NCBI GenBank assembly: GCA_020630975.1
Contig: JAHDID010000006.1
Span: 91,182-155,181 of the forward strand
Source: Verrucomicrobiota bacterium
GTDB taxonomy: Bacteria; Verrucomicrobiota; Verrucomicrobiia; Verrucomicrobiales; DEV007
DNA: 64,000 bases
Direction: 5' to 3'
In this document: piece by piece, positions 46,202 to 56,421 of the stretch
Numbering within the stretch: the stretch's first letter is position 1
Layout: every line of letters starts with the position of its first letter
Notes under the pieces: model-generated
The model's input: only the letters and a program-made list of their open reading frames with translations
Told to the model about the DNA's origin: nothing
Databases searched by the model: none
Translations under genes and position numbers: made by a program

Positions 46202-46647
46202 GCTACCTGATCGACGTCAATGTACTGATCGCTAGATCGGATCAGAGGCACCAGTATCATGCGGCTGCTTTTCAGTGGTTCGCATCGATAGGTGACCAGC
46301 CATTCTTCACCTGCCCGATCGTGGAAAATGGGTTTGTGCGCATCTTTGGCAATCCAAACTACCCCGGCGGGCCAGGCAATGTCGAAGCCGCCTGCCAGAT
46401 CCTGCGCCTGATTCGCTCCATGCCAGGGCACTGCTTTCTACCCGATGGCCTGTCGATAGCAGATCGTAGTCACTTTCCTGACCTAGGAAACGCCAACGTC
46501 AAAGCTCTGACCGATGTCTACCTACTCGGTCTGGCTGTGGATATGGGTCTGAAATTTGCGACCTTTGACAGTAAGATCAAAGCCCAAACGGTGAAGGGAG
46601 GCGCTCCGGCGCTGGAAGTCATCCTAACGCCAGAGCCGAAACAATAA
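46198..46647 (+). CDS. vapC: PIN-domain ribonuclease toxin
   Basis: LIDVNVLIA, E.GFVRI, TD.YLL.LA, ATFD. Confidence 0.9.
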   Translation: MSYLIDVNVLIARSDQRHQYHAAAFQWFASIGDQPFFTCPIVENGFVRIFGNPNYPGGPGNVEAACQILRLIRSMPGHCFLPDGLSIADRSHFPDLGNANVKALTDVYLLGLAVDMGLKFATFDSKIKAQTVKGGAPALEVILTPEPKQ

Positions 46648-46660
46648 GCCTTGCTAAGAA

Positions 46661-48118
46661 TCAATACTCGCGATCGGTCTTGATACCTGGCTCTGGGATC
46701 GGGTAGCGACCATTCTCATCTGGCATCAGCGGTGAGTCGGAGTCGATCGTGAGATTCTCCACACCTTCACCCATGTTGTGCTCGCAGTTGAGCATCTGAT
46801 CGTAAGTGATCTCCTGCCCAGTATGAGCTGCCATGCGTCCCATCGATGTGGTCACACTCGCGGCGACGCCACGCTCGACTTCATTGAACTCCTCGCCCTC
46901 GCGGATCGCTGTGAGCAGTGCCTCCCACTCGTGGTCGTAGGGACTCCCCTCCAGACTGCGACCGCGATCGCCTGTAGGGAATGCCCACAGCAGGTTCTCA
47001 GGCTTGCCACGCCAGTTTTTGTCGATCTTTTGGTCGCTGAACATCCGCGAACGAGCCGGTACGTGCCCTGCAGAGGAGATCACTGCAGATCCCTTGGTGC
47101 CGTGAGCATAGGCGGCGAACTCTTGGTAGCAGTTCTTCACATTGCGCCCATCAAAGATGGCTTTGGCACCATCCTCGAAGGTGTACTCCACAGAGTAGCT
47201 ATCGAAGTTCTGATCCACCGCATCGACCATCTCGCCATTTTTCTCGATCTGCTTGTAGTGTCGACCACCGTAAGCCGTTGCTTTCACTGGGAAGGCGTTT
47301 TTGATCATGCACATCTCATCGATACCGTGGATGAAGAAATCGCTAAATGAGCCCCCACTGAGCCAGAGGAAACTGTGGAAATTGCGGATCTGATACATCA
47401 GCTCGCTCATATCGGTCGTATTCGGAGCGGTGAAACAGGAGCCGATCGGGCCCTGCAGACGGTAGGAGCGCAATAGGTGGATATCGCCGATCTCACCATC
47501 ATCGATGCGCTTCTTCAGTTCATTACGCGACTTGCAGTGGCGGCACATCAGACCCACGCCCACCTTTAGGCCTTTGGCCTTGGCTTTGATGTTCGTCTCG
47601 AGGATCTTTCGCGCCGAGTAGCCATCCGCGATCACAGGCTTCTCCATGAACACGTTCAAACCACGCTCCACAGCGTAGTCGAACATCGGCCAACGAAAGG
47701 CACAAGGCGTCGTCAGGATAGCGATATCGCCTGGATTCATCGCGTCCATCGCATTTTTGTACCCGTCAAATCCGAGGAATCGCCTTTCTTTTGGCACGTC
47801 GATTTTATCGACTAGATCCTCCTGCTTGCTCAGCGTTTGGTAACTGCGGTCGAGCTTGTCCTCGAACACATCAGCCATCGCATGCAACTTCAGAGGGCCT
47901 AGCGAGCCCGATACCGAGAGCGCATTTTTCACTGCACCAGTGCCCCTGCCCCCGCAGCCGACGAGCGCTATTTTCACCTCATCATTACTCTGAGCGTGCA
48001 CATGCGGCAATGCGATACCGGATAGGACAGAAGCTGCAGCCCCGGCCTTGACCACCGAGCGACGGTCGATCGAGGACTTATCAGAAATGGAATCAATGAA
48101 GTTGTTGTCTTGGCTCAT
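46661..48118 (-). CDS. Tat-exported Gfo/Idh/MocA oxidoreductase
   Basis: DRRSVVK signal; ALVGCGGRGTGA, FMEKPV. Start moved to ATG 48118. Confidence 0.92.
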   Translation of the reverse strand: MSQDNNFIDSISDKSSIDRRSVVKAGAAASVLSGIALPHVHAQSNDEVKIALVGCGGRGTGAVKNALSVSGSLGPLKLHAMADVFEDKLDRSYQTLSKQEDLVDKIDVPKERRFLGFDGYKNAMDAMNPGDIAILTTPCAFRWPMFDYAVERGLNVFMEKPVIADGYSARKILETNIKAKAKGLKVGVGLMCRHCKSRNELKKRIDDGEIGDIHLLRSYRLQGPIGSCFTAPNTTDMSELMYQIRNFHSFLWLSGGSFSDFFIHGIDEMCMIKNAFPVKATAYGGRHYKQIEKNGEMVDAVDQNFDSYSVEYTFEDGAKAIFDGRNVKNCYQEFAAYAHGTKGSAVISSAGHVPARSRMFSDQKIDKNWRGKPENLLWAFPTGDRGRSLEGSPYDHEWEALLTAIREGEEFNEVERGVAASVTTSMGRMAAHTGQEITYDQMLNCEHNMGEGVENLTIDSDSPLMPDENGRYPIPEPGIKTDREY

Positions 48119-48308
48119 ATTTGGCAAGCTCTCAATGGGTAGCCCATGTTGCAACGGCGCATCTAAGGCAAAACTAATCCGGCCAATCAGCTTGATTCTA
48201 AATTTGGTGAGGGAACCAAATAATTTTTGAAAAGAACACAAACATCATTGACAACGATTGCACCACTGTCTAAAAAGATGGGTTAGACCAGCTTGACCAT
48301 TTTATTAG

Positions 48309-50618
48309 ATGAAAGTTTCCCAAAAATTTCTACTCGCTCTAAGTTGCGGACTTTTTATAAGTCTCAGTTCCGCTCAGGAGCCCTCTGTCGAAGTGAAGCC
48401 TGTCTCTGGGAAGCCTGCTGCTAATAAGTCAACGCCTCTCAAAAACGCAGTTTCCAAGGTCAAGTCGTCGCTCAACAGTTCGACCAAGACAGCAGACGAT
48501 TTGCCTCCTCTCCCAGAGCTACCATCTCTGCCAGTCGTAGATCCTGTAGTGCCTGCTAGCTCTCAGATGGAGGCGACTCCGCTGCCAGATCCTGTCAATT
48601 CCTTTGAGCAAGGTCCGCCTCTACTAGGTGATACTCAGAATGTAGCCACTATCCCATCTTCTCCCGTCCCAGGGTCTGTCTCAGGTGGTCAGCCAGTCGA
48701 GGCCGAGGTCAAGTCTCGCGGCAACTGGCTGCAGAACATGCGCTTCAAGTCATCACCACTTCCAGATGAGAGCGAGCAGGGCTCCACAGGTGTTTACCAG
48801 AAAGATGTGAGAAAATCTGCCAAGGTAGAAGATTTCACCGCCATCGATGATCTTGAGATCAGCTCGGATCCGATCAATCGCTTCCCTTTCATCGATCTGC
48901 CATACGTCGAGAAGTCGATCGCAGAGCAGAATGTGGAATGGCTGACTAGCGAAGTCGCCCGCGAGTATTCCAAGAATCTGGCTGCGATTAATGCAGACAC
49001 CAGCGCGATCACTGCTTCTGATCTTCCATCTGTTCCTGGCAACATGAAGGCCAACTGGTCCACCAAGATCTACCAGCGCGTATGGAGAGAGCACGGTGCT
49101 CTGCGTCGCACAGTGCGCGACACCTTTGGCGAGGCGCTTCAGCACTCTCACCAGATCAAGAGCTTTTCAGAAATCCCAGTCATCCGTGAGACAGGTGTCC
49201 AGGAGGCTTATGGGGCTTTCGACATGTCTGTGTTTATCGATTCTCGCTACACACGGACGAATGAGCCGACTTCTAGCCAGCTGACAGCAGGACAGGGTAT
49301 CAACCGCTTCCAGCAGGATCTGCACGAGACTGAAGCAGGTCTTCGTAAACGCCTGATGAACGGTACTGAGGTATCCGTTTCCAACCGTGTGTCCGCGCTT
49401 CACAGCAATTCGACATTTCTCGACCCCAACCCACAGTCGGGTTCAGAAGTGGTTCTCTCTGTTTCTCACCCTCTACTTCGTGGTGGTGGCTATCACTACA
49501 ACACTGCAGGCATCAAGATCGCCATGCTAGACTCCAAGATGGGTGTGGCAGAGTATGTCCGTCAGCTTGAGCAGTATCTCCTCGAAATCAGCCGCACCTA
49601 TTGGGGTGTCTATCTCGCTCGCGCAAACTTCGTGCAAAAGCGTGCTGCTGTTGAGACCACCAAAAGGATCGTTGATCAGCTCGAAGATCGCCGTGAAGTC
49701 GATGACACAGCAAACGAGTCGGAGCTGCTTCGTGCACGCTCTTCTGTAGCCCAGCGCCAAGCCGCTTTGGTTCGTGCAGAAATGTCGATCCGCCTCGCAG
49801 AAGAGAGACTTCGCACACTAGTGAGCGGCCCTAATTTCGCGCTTGGTAAAACAACTGAGATCATTCCTTGCAGCCGCCCTATCCTAGCAGCTCCAAACGA
49901 AGATGTTCGCGAAGTAGCTCGTGCGGCTATCACCAACCGCCCAGAGCTTCTCGAGGCGTTCTATCAGACACAGGCTGCTGGCATCCGCCGCGACCTTAGC
50001 AAGAACGAACTTCTACCCCAGCTCAACCTGATCCTCGAGCTTTCTACCTCTGGTGTGGGCGGCAATGGTATCAATGGAGCTCCTGGCACTTTGCAGTTCA
50101 ACGATGCCTACCTTGACCAGTTCAACCACGATCCAGGTGGTCTTGCCGGACTCAGCTTCGAGATGCCTCTCGAGCGCAACTACGCAAAGGCTCGCTACCA
50201 GCGCCGTCGCCACGAGCTGCGCCAGCAGATGCACAATCTCAAGTCGACTATCGACAACATCGCTCTCGAAGCCATCGTAGCTTACCGCGAGCTGGAGACC
50301 GCTTACCGCGATATGCAGGGCAAATACCTCGCAGCCCTCGCAACACGCGAAGAAGTGAAGGCTCTTGAGAATCGTCTGAATATTGATGCTTCCGGTGGTC
50401 GTTCCGTCGGTGATCAGCTGCAGCTCATCCTCGATGCTGTCGATCGCAACATCGCAGCGGAAGAGGCATTCCTAGTCAGTGTTGTCACTTACAACGTCGC
50501 TTTCACCTCTCTCGATAAGGCACGTGGTTCACTGCTCAAGCGACACGATGTGGGAGTCTTCCGCACTCAAGAAGATGGCCTAGAAACCATCCGCGCAGGC
50601 TACCCAGGCGGTAAGTAA
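48309..50618 (+). CDS. TolC-family outer-membrane protein with long Pro/Ser-rich N-terminal extension
   Basis: Signal peptide, about 250 low-complexity residues, then TolC core (HPLLRGGG, AITNRPEL, NELLPQLNL). Confidence 0.82.
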   Translation: MKVSQKFLLALSCGLFISLSSAQEPSVEVKPVSGKPAANKSTPLKNAVSKVKSSLNSSTKTADDLPPLPELPSLPVVDPVVPASSQMEATPLPDPVNSFEQGPPLLGDTQNVATIPSSPVPGSVSGGQPVEAEVKSRGNWLQNMRFKSSPLPDESEQGSTGVYQKDVRKSAKVEDFTAIDDLEISSDPINRFPFIDLPYVEKSIAEQNVEWLTSEVAREYSKNLAAINADTSAITASDLPSVPGNMKANWSTKIYQRVWREHGALRRTVRDTFGEALQHSHQIKSFSEIPVIRETGVQEAYGAFDMSVFIDSRYTRTNEPTSSQLTAGQGINRFQQDLHETEAGLRKRLMNGTEVSVSNRVSALHSNSTFLDPNPQSGSEVVLSVSHPLLRGGGYHYNTAGIKIAMLDSKMGVAEYVRQLEQYLLEISRTYWGVYLARANFVQKRAAVETTKRIVDQLEDRREVDDTANESELLRARSSVAQRQAALVRAEMSIRLAEERLRTLVSGPNFALGKTTEIIPCSRPILAAPNEDVREVARAAITNRPELLEAFYQTQAAGIRRDLSKNELLPQLNLILELSTSGVGGNGINGAPGTLQFNDAYLDQFNHDPGGLAGLSFEMPLERNYAKARYQRRRHELRQQMHNLKSTIDNIALEAIVAYRELETAYRDMQGKYLAALATREEVKALENRLNIDASGGRSVGDQLQLILDAVDRNIAAEEAFLVSVVTYNVAFTSLDKARGSLLKRHDVGVFRTQEDGLETIRAGYPGGK

Positions 50619-50662
50619 TCGCCAGCCTCTAGCTGCTCTCTTTGAGCCTGACTTTATTCTAG

Positions 50663-50694
50663 CACCCAGCGGTCTTACCCCTGGGTGTTTTTTT
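50663..50694 (+). terminator. Intrinsic terminator
   Basis: CACCCAG...CTGGGTG followed by T7. Confidence 0.75.
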
Positions 50695-50886
50695 GCCCCT
50701 TACACTAGCTTTAGCGACTTAGTATTCAGAGGTTTAAAAAACTTATTACTCTTGACTGTAAGGAGCACTTCGCTTAACTGGCAAACCGCTCTTTTTCTAG
50801 CGCCCAGTCATAGGCTTCGGTCACTATAGGTGAATGCAGTGAGAGTGGAACCTCGACACACATCTCAACACTTTCACCAAACAGAC

Positions 50887-52413
50887 ATGCCTGATTCTGC
50901 CAATCCATCTCAGCAGCCTTACATCGACCCTGCCGGGCAGTCTCACCATCAAGAGCCGTACAATGACTCCTTAAAGTCGGGACCTAAATGGAAAGACAAG
51001 GGCGGTAAAAAAGGCGGTAAAGACAAATATCAGCCTGGTAGCCCAGACGATGTGCTACGCTCGATGCCCGTAGATGCAGATGCGGAGCGCGCAGTCCTGA
51101 GCTGTATGCTCAAAGACCCGACCAACATCGTTCCCGAAGCTGTTACTGAGACCAATCCCGAATTCTTCTACATCCCCGCGCACCGCATCATCTACGAGAT
51201 GATCGTGCACCTCTACCAGACCAAGCCCAACGGTAAGCTCGATGTGATCCTGCTGAATAGCGAACTGGCCGATAAAGAACAGCTCGACCGAGTCGGTGGC
51301 CCTAAGTTCGTAGCCGACCTAGTCGACGATGTCCCGACTACAGCGATGTTCAGCCCCTACGTGGAAGTGCTGAAGAAAAAGTTTATTCTCCGCCGTGTGA
51401 TCGCCGATTGCACCAACTGTGCTGCCGAGGCCTATGAGCACCCAGAAGACGCGGCCGTGTTCCTCGATAGTGTGGAGAAAAAGATCCTCAAGATTCGTGA
51501 TCAGACCGAAAACGAGAAAGAGATCAAGAGCATGAAAACCAGTGTCTGCAATGTGGTGCAGTCGCTGGAGGAGATCATCAGCGGCGGAGCCTCGCTAGGT
51601 CTCATGACAGGTTTCAAAGATATCGATAAAATGACCAACGGCCTTCACGGTGGCGAGATGATCGTCGTGGCGGCTCGTCCTGCGATGGGTAAGACCTCGT
51701 TCGTCATGAACATCGTCGAGAACATCTCCATCGAGCGCGAAAAGAAAGTACCCAGTGCGATCTTCAGCCTGGAGATGAGCGCCGAATCACTAGTCCAGCG
51801 TGTTCTTTGTAGCCGTGCGCAGGTGCATATGTCCAAACTCCGTGGTGGTTTCCTAGGCAAACAAGACTTCCCCAAGCTGATGAAAGTCGCCGGTGAAATG
51901 GCCGAGGCTCCCATCTGGATCGACGATACCCCGGGCCTATCCATCAACGAGCTGCGAGCCAAGGCCCGCCGTCTCAAGCAGCAGCACGATATCGGATTCA
52001 TCGCGATCGACTACCTGCAGCTCCTCAAAGCACCCGACACCGCAGCCCGCGACGGTCGTGAGAAAGAGGTCGCAGAGATCTCAGGCGGTATCAAAGGTAT
52101 CGCCAAGGAGTTGGATATCCCAATCATCGTTCTGGCACAGCTTAACCGCCAACCAGACTCTCGAGGAGGTAAGCCCAAGATGAGTGACCTGCGTGAGTCT
52201 GGCTCGATCGAGCAGGATGCTGACTTGGTCGGCCTGCTGATGCGACCCGAGTACTACGCCGAGGACCAAGAGGACCGCGATGAAAAGACCGGCGAAGCCG
52301 AATTCATCATCGCTAAACAACGTAACGGCGGCACCGGCGAGATCCCGCTGCAGTTCACCAAAGAGTTCATGCGTTTCAGCGATCGGGCCTATCAGGACGA
52401 CGACGATATGTAA
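50887..52413 (+). CDS. dnaB: Replicative DNA helicase
   Basis: AERAVL, AARPAMGKT Walker A, FSLEMS, IDYLQL, LAQLNR, DLRESGSIEQDAD, KQRNG. Start moved to ATG 50887. Confidence 0.97.
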   Translation: MPDSANPSQQPYIDPAGQSHHQEPYNDSLKSGPKWKDKGGKKGGKDKYQPGSPDDVLRSMPVDADAERAVLSCMLKDPTNIVPEAVTETNPEFFYIPAHRIIYEMIVHLYQTKPNGKLDVILLNSELADKEQLDRVGGPKFVADLVDDVPTTAMFSPYVEVLKKKFILRRVIADCTNCAAEAYEHPEDAAVFLDSVEKKILKIRDQTENEKEIKSMKTSVCNVVQSLEEIISGGASLGLMTGFKDIDKMTNGLHGGEMIVVAARPAMGKTSFVMNIVENISIEREKKVPSAIFSLEMSAESLVQRVLCSRAQVHMSKLRGGFLGKQDFPKLMKVAGEMAEAPIWIDDTPGLSINELRAKARRLKQQHDIGFIAIDYLQLLKAPDTAARDGREKEVAEISGGIKGIAKELDIPIIVLAQLNRQPDSRGGKPKMSDLRESGSIEQDADLVGLLMRPEYYAEDQEDRDEKTGEAEFIIAKQRNGGTGEIPLQFTKEFMRFSDRAYQDDDDM

Positions 52414-52437
52414 ATCCGCTTTGCGCGTCGTGGCGGC

Positions 52438-52809
52438 ATGAAATATCTCGCCTTTCTCCCCATAGTCGTCGCCTTAGCGGTGTGGATTTTTCTGCTAACC
52501 GCAGAATACGCCTACTCATTTTCTTTCTCTATCGCCGAGAGACATTGCACAGTCGGATCCGGCCTAGGCTCGGTCGGAATGACGATACGGCACCTCCCGG
52601 ACCTATCTTTTACCCCTAGAGTGAACCGTGCTCCCCTGCCCCTTATCGACGGTACAGATTGGAAATTTCGCTTATTGGCAGGTAAAAGGATCGTCCGAAG
52701 CGGCGACTCATTCCTCCTTGTCCCTTTCTACCTCATCTTTATCGCAGTGGCTGTGCTAAACCTCGCCATTCTTTTCGTAGGTTACAGATTGAGAAAACGG
52801 CGAGAATAA
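52438..52809 (+). CDS. Small two-TM hypothetical protein
   Basis: 123 aa, terminal hydrophobic segments, AT-richer codons than neighbours. Confidence 0.6.
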   Translation: MKYLAFLPIVVALAVWIFLLTAEYAYSFSFSIAERHCTVGSGLGSVGMTIRHLPDLSFTPRVNRAPLPLIDGTDWKFRLLAGKRIVRSGDSFLLVPFYLIFIAVAVLNLAILFVGYRLRKRRE

Positions 52810-52853
52810 CCCTTGGCTTTGCCTCGTGCCCCTCGCGTTTGTTCAGCTCCGCG

Positions 52854-52900
52854 ATTGTACCCTATTGAATAAATATTGAACCCTATTGAATCCTATTCAA
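52854..52900 (+). repeat. Dispersed 21-bp-period repeat, locus 5 (2 copies plus partial)
   Basis: ATTGTACCCTATTGAAT 52854-70, ATTGAACCCTATTGAAT 52875-91, CCTATTCAA 52892-900. Confidence 0.9.
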
Positions 52901-52910
52901 AGTGCTCTGT

Positions 52911-53789
52911 ATGAGAACATCGATCGCGAAATTTTGGATCTGCACCAGTCTACTGGCAGCCGTTTCCCTCTGGTCTCTCGATGCGGAGGACGATCTCGTC
53001 ACCCCCACCATGACCGACGATGCCCCCGCCCCCGGCAAGCGAGTCCGCCAGACCGCTCCCGAGTATGAAGGCACACAGGTTTACCACGCGCTCTACCTAC
53101 CCTCCGACTGGCAGCCAGGAGGCAACTACCCTGTGATCGTCGAATACACTGGCAACTACTTCCCCCCCTGTGGCTCGACTGGCGAGGTAAAGGATGCCAA
53201 CCTCGGCTATGGCCTGAGTGGTGGCTCTGGCTACATCTGGGTATCGATGCCCTACATTGAAGTCGGCAGAGAGAAAAACGCCATCACCTGGTGGGGCGAT
53301 ACCGAAGCCACCATCGACTACTGCAAAGTCAATCTGCCACGCATCTGTGAGCAATTCGGCGGCGATCCTGAGCGTTGCATCATCTGCGGATTCTCACGTG
53401 GCGCCATCGGCTCCAGCTACATCGGTCTGGCCGATGATGAGATCGCCAGTCTATGGTGCGGCATGTTTACCCATGACCACTTCGACGGGCAGAAATCCTG
53501 GAAATACCCAGCCAGTGATCGCCAATCAGCCCTCGCACGACTGGCGCGTCTAAAAGGCCGCCCAGTGATGGTTAGCGGCCAGGGCTCCCACCGGGTACGC
53601 GATGACTATCTGGCAAATCACCTCGATCTGGCCGAGTTCAATTTCCTGCAGGTAAATGTGAAAGAGATATTCAACATACCTGATTGCCCTGTCGTCCACA
53701 CCCACACCGACTGCTGGATGCATCGCGACAGCCCCTACCGTCAGCAGGCCCGAAGATGGCTAAATGAACTTTGCCAGATGTCCCAGTAG
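52911..53789 (+). CDS. Exported alpha/beta-hydrolase-like protein
   Basis: Signal peptide; YPVIVEYTGN, GFSRGA nucleophile elbow, HTHTD. Confidence 0.75.
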   Translation: MRTSIAKFWICTSLLAAVSLWSLDAEDDLVTPTMTDDAPAPGKRVRQTAPEYEGTQVYHALYLPSDWQPGGNYPVIVEYTGNYFPPCGSTGEVKDANLGYGLSGGSGYIWVSMPYIEVGREKNAITWWGDTEATIDYCKVNLPRICEQFGGDPERCIICGFSRGAIGSSYIGLADDEIASLWCGMFTHDHFDGQKSWKYPASDRQSALARLARLKGRPVMVSGQGSHRVRDDYLANHLDLAEFNFLQVNVKEIFNIPDCPVVHTHTDCWMHRDSPYRQQARRWLNELCQMSQ

Positions 53790-53910
53790 CCTGAGTGTAT
53801 CGATGTAGAAACTACTATGCGGATAGTAACCAACTCACACCTGATCAGGTACGCCAGCCCCTCGATTACCTCCCTTGAGGAATGCTGAAACCTGCCTCAA
53901 GGTCGGCTGC

Positions 53911-55818
53911 ATGAGAGTTTTTCTGTCCATCCTCTGCTGCCTATTATGCCTCTGGGTCATCAGTGACGCCCATGCCGCCGACCGCCCGAATGTGGTGCTA
54001 ATCTTCATCGATGATATGGGCTACGGCGATGTCGGCTTCAATGGCGCGACCGGACCTAAGACACCACACCTCGACCAGATGGCACGCGAGGGCATGCGTT
54101 TCGACCACTTCTACGTCGGCTGCTCAGTCTGCACTGGCTCGCGCACTGCTCTACTGACAGGCTGCCACTACGAGCGCCTCAGTATGCGATCGGTGCTTTT
54201 CCCCAATAGTAACGAGGGCCTACACCCAGACGAGGTGACCCTAGCCGACATGCTGGGCGACAGCGGCTACCGCACTGCCTGTGTGGGCAAATGGCATCTA
54301 GGCCACCTGCCCCCCTGCTTGCCGACTTATCAGGGCTTCGACAGCTACTACGGCATCCCCTACTCAAATGACATGTGGATCGACCCGGCCAATACCCTAG
54401 CTGACGACATCCTGATCCGCGAGGGCCTGACCCTAGAGGAAGTCAAAGCAGGCCACAAAAAGCGCAACCTAGTGCCCCTGATGCGCGACGAAGAAGTGAT
54501 CGACTACCCTGCTGACCAGGCCACTGTCACCAAGCGGTTCACCGAAGAGTCGATCCGCTTCATCACAGACCATAAAGATGAGCCATTCTTCCTCTACCTA
54601 CCCCACACCATGGTCCACGTGCCCCTCGCTGTGTCAGAGGACTTCGCTGATCGTCATGACAAACTGATCTGGAATGCCATCGAGGAGGTCGATTGGTCAG
54701 TCGGGCAGATCCTCGATACCCTGCGTGATCTGGGCCTGTCTGAAAAGACGCTAGTCATCTTCACCAGTGACAATGGTGCCGCAGTCGGCTCATCCCAGCC
54801 TCTGCGCGCCAAAAAATTCAGTGTCTACGAGGGCGGCGTACGCGAGCCTACCGTCATGTGGTGGCCTGGCCAGATCCCTGCCGACAGCGTCTGCACCGAG
54901 GTCGCCGCCACCATCGATATCCTACCGACGCTAGCCCAGCTCTGTGCCGCAGATCTACCTGAGCAGCCGATCGATGGCCACGACATCTCGCCCCTACTGA
55001 GAGGTACCGAGGGTGCCAAGTCTCCACACCAGTACTACACCCTGATGCACCAAAAAGGCGCGGTAAGATCCGGGCCATGGAAATACTACCCCTGGCCAGA
55101 AACCGCAGACAAGCGCAACCAAAACACTCCTGACAGACCACTCTCCACCGACCCCGTGCAGCTCTACCATGTGCTCGATGATATCTCGGAGCAAAACAAC
55201 ATCGCTGCCAAACACCCGGACATCGTAAAAGAGCTACATGCCGCCTACGAAGCCCATGTCGACAAGATCAAATCCAACCTGCGTCCGACAGCTCCTCTAG
55301 TGCGACCAGAAGGTGCCTTGTCCGCCGACAGACCCGGCGGCCCGAAAAAGCCCAAACCAGCCAAACCTATCGATTGGGACAAAACTCGCATCGGCGATGT
55401 GATCCCTGCTAGTCAGGCTCCCAATGTCTCGGGACGTGCCTTCACCCTCAGCGCTACGATCGACTCTGCCGATGCCGCAGGCGTCCTGATCTCTCACGGT
55501 GGATCCGCCATCGGCTACAGTCTCTACATCACCGCCGAAAAGCGAGCCGTGTTCGCCATACGTAGCGGCAAAGAGGGCGTGTCGCGACTACAGGTCCCTC
55601 TAAAGGGAGAGGCGATCCGACTGACCTGCGGTATCGATAAAGAGGGTAAAATGTTTCTCCAAACTAACGACGACAAAGCCATCACCATAGCCAGCCGCTT
55701 TCTCTCCCGCCACCCATCAGAGGCGATGAGCATCGGGCACGACGAGGCCAATGCCGTCGACACCCAAAGCCCTGAGGCCTATTACCCCGGTAAATTGAGC
55801 GACCTCCGGCTCGAGTAG
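53911..55818 (+). CDS. Exported sulfatase with C-terminal beta-sandwich (LamG-like) domain
   Basis: RPNVVLIFIDDMGYGD, VCTGSR, GKWHLG, SDNG, YEGGVREP. Start moved to ATG 53911. Confidence 0.92.
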   Translation: MRVFLSILCCLLCLWVISDAHAADRPNVVLIFIDDMGYGDVGFNGATGPKTPHLDQMAREGMRFDHFYVGCSVCTGSRTALLTGCHYERLSMRSVLFPNSNEGLHPDEVTLADMLGDSGYRTACVGKWHLGHLPPCLPTYQGFDSYYGIPYSNDMWIDPANTLADDILIREGLTLEEVKAGHKKRNLVPLMRDEEVIDYPADQATVTKRFTEESIRFITDHKDEPFFLYLPHTMVHVPLAVSEDFADRHDKLIWNAIEEVDWSVGQILDTLRDLGLSEKTLVIFTSDNGAAVGSSQPLRAKKFSVYEGGVREPTVMWWPGQIPADSVCTEVAATIDILPTLAQLCAADLPEQPIDGHDISPLLRGTEGAKSPHQYYTLMHQKGAVRSGPWKYYPWPETADKRNQNTPDRPLSTDPVQLYHVLDDISEQNNIAAKHPDIVKELHAAYEAHVDKIKSNLRPTAPLVRPEGALSADRPGGPKKPKPAKPIDWDKTRIGDVIPASQAPNVSGRAFTLSATIDSADAAGVLISHGGSAIGYSLYITAEKRAVFAIRSGKEGVSRLQVPLKGEAIRLTCGIDKEGKMFLQTNDDKAITIASRFLSRHPSEAMSIGHDEANAVDTQSPEAYYPGKLSDLRLE

Positions 55819-55821
55819 ACA

Positions 55822-56355
55822 CTACGGCCGCTCGCCCATCATCCGTCGTAGAGATCCCGGCTCGTAGTTCCAGACATCGGCTGGGATCGACTCATTTTCG
55901 ATGGCTATCACCTGCCAGCTACCCGGCCAGAGACTCTGCTTCTCCCACTGGAAGACAAACGGACCTTTCAGCCCATTGATGCGCTGTTTGATCATACTCC
56001 CACCTGCGCCCAATACAGAGCCACCCACCTCTAACTCCACCTGGTAGCTAGCCACACCCGACTCGATATCCAGCTCCGCGGCGCCAGCCTCTTTGAGAGC
56101 TAGGGCCAGAAACTGGCTGCGCATATCTAGCGCCACCTCGACCACATCGTCAGCCGAGTAGTCTCGTGAATCCTGATAGTCATCGGCTATCAGCTTGCGC
56201 AGCTTCTCCCCGTGATACGTCTCGATCGCCCTCTCAAATGCCGCCTGATGGCGAAGGACCGTCCGCCCTGGCAGCCAGTAGATGATCTGTCCGATCAAAA
56301 TCGCCAAAATTAGGATCAAAATGCCCCCTGCTATCACAAGTCGTACCTTCATCAC
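55822..56355 (-). CDS. Hypothetical membrane-anchored protein, NTF2-like pattern
   Basis: N-terminal TM; KLRKLIADDYQD, ...W.V..I end. Confidence 0.6.
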   Translation of the reverse strand: MMKVRLVIAGGILILILAILIGQIIYWLPGRTVLRHQAAFERAIETYHGEKLRKLIADDYQDSRDYSADDVVEVALDMRSQFLALALKEAGAAELDIESGVASYQVELEVGGSVLGAGGSMIKQRINGLKGPFVFQWEKQSLWPGSWQVIAIENESIPADVWNYEPGSLRRMMGERP

Positions 56356-56421
56356 ATCAGCTTGCGATAAATCCGAACCGATGGAAAGTCTGACAGATAT
56401 TTTTCACTCACTCAGTTACCT

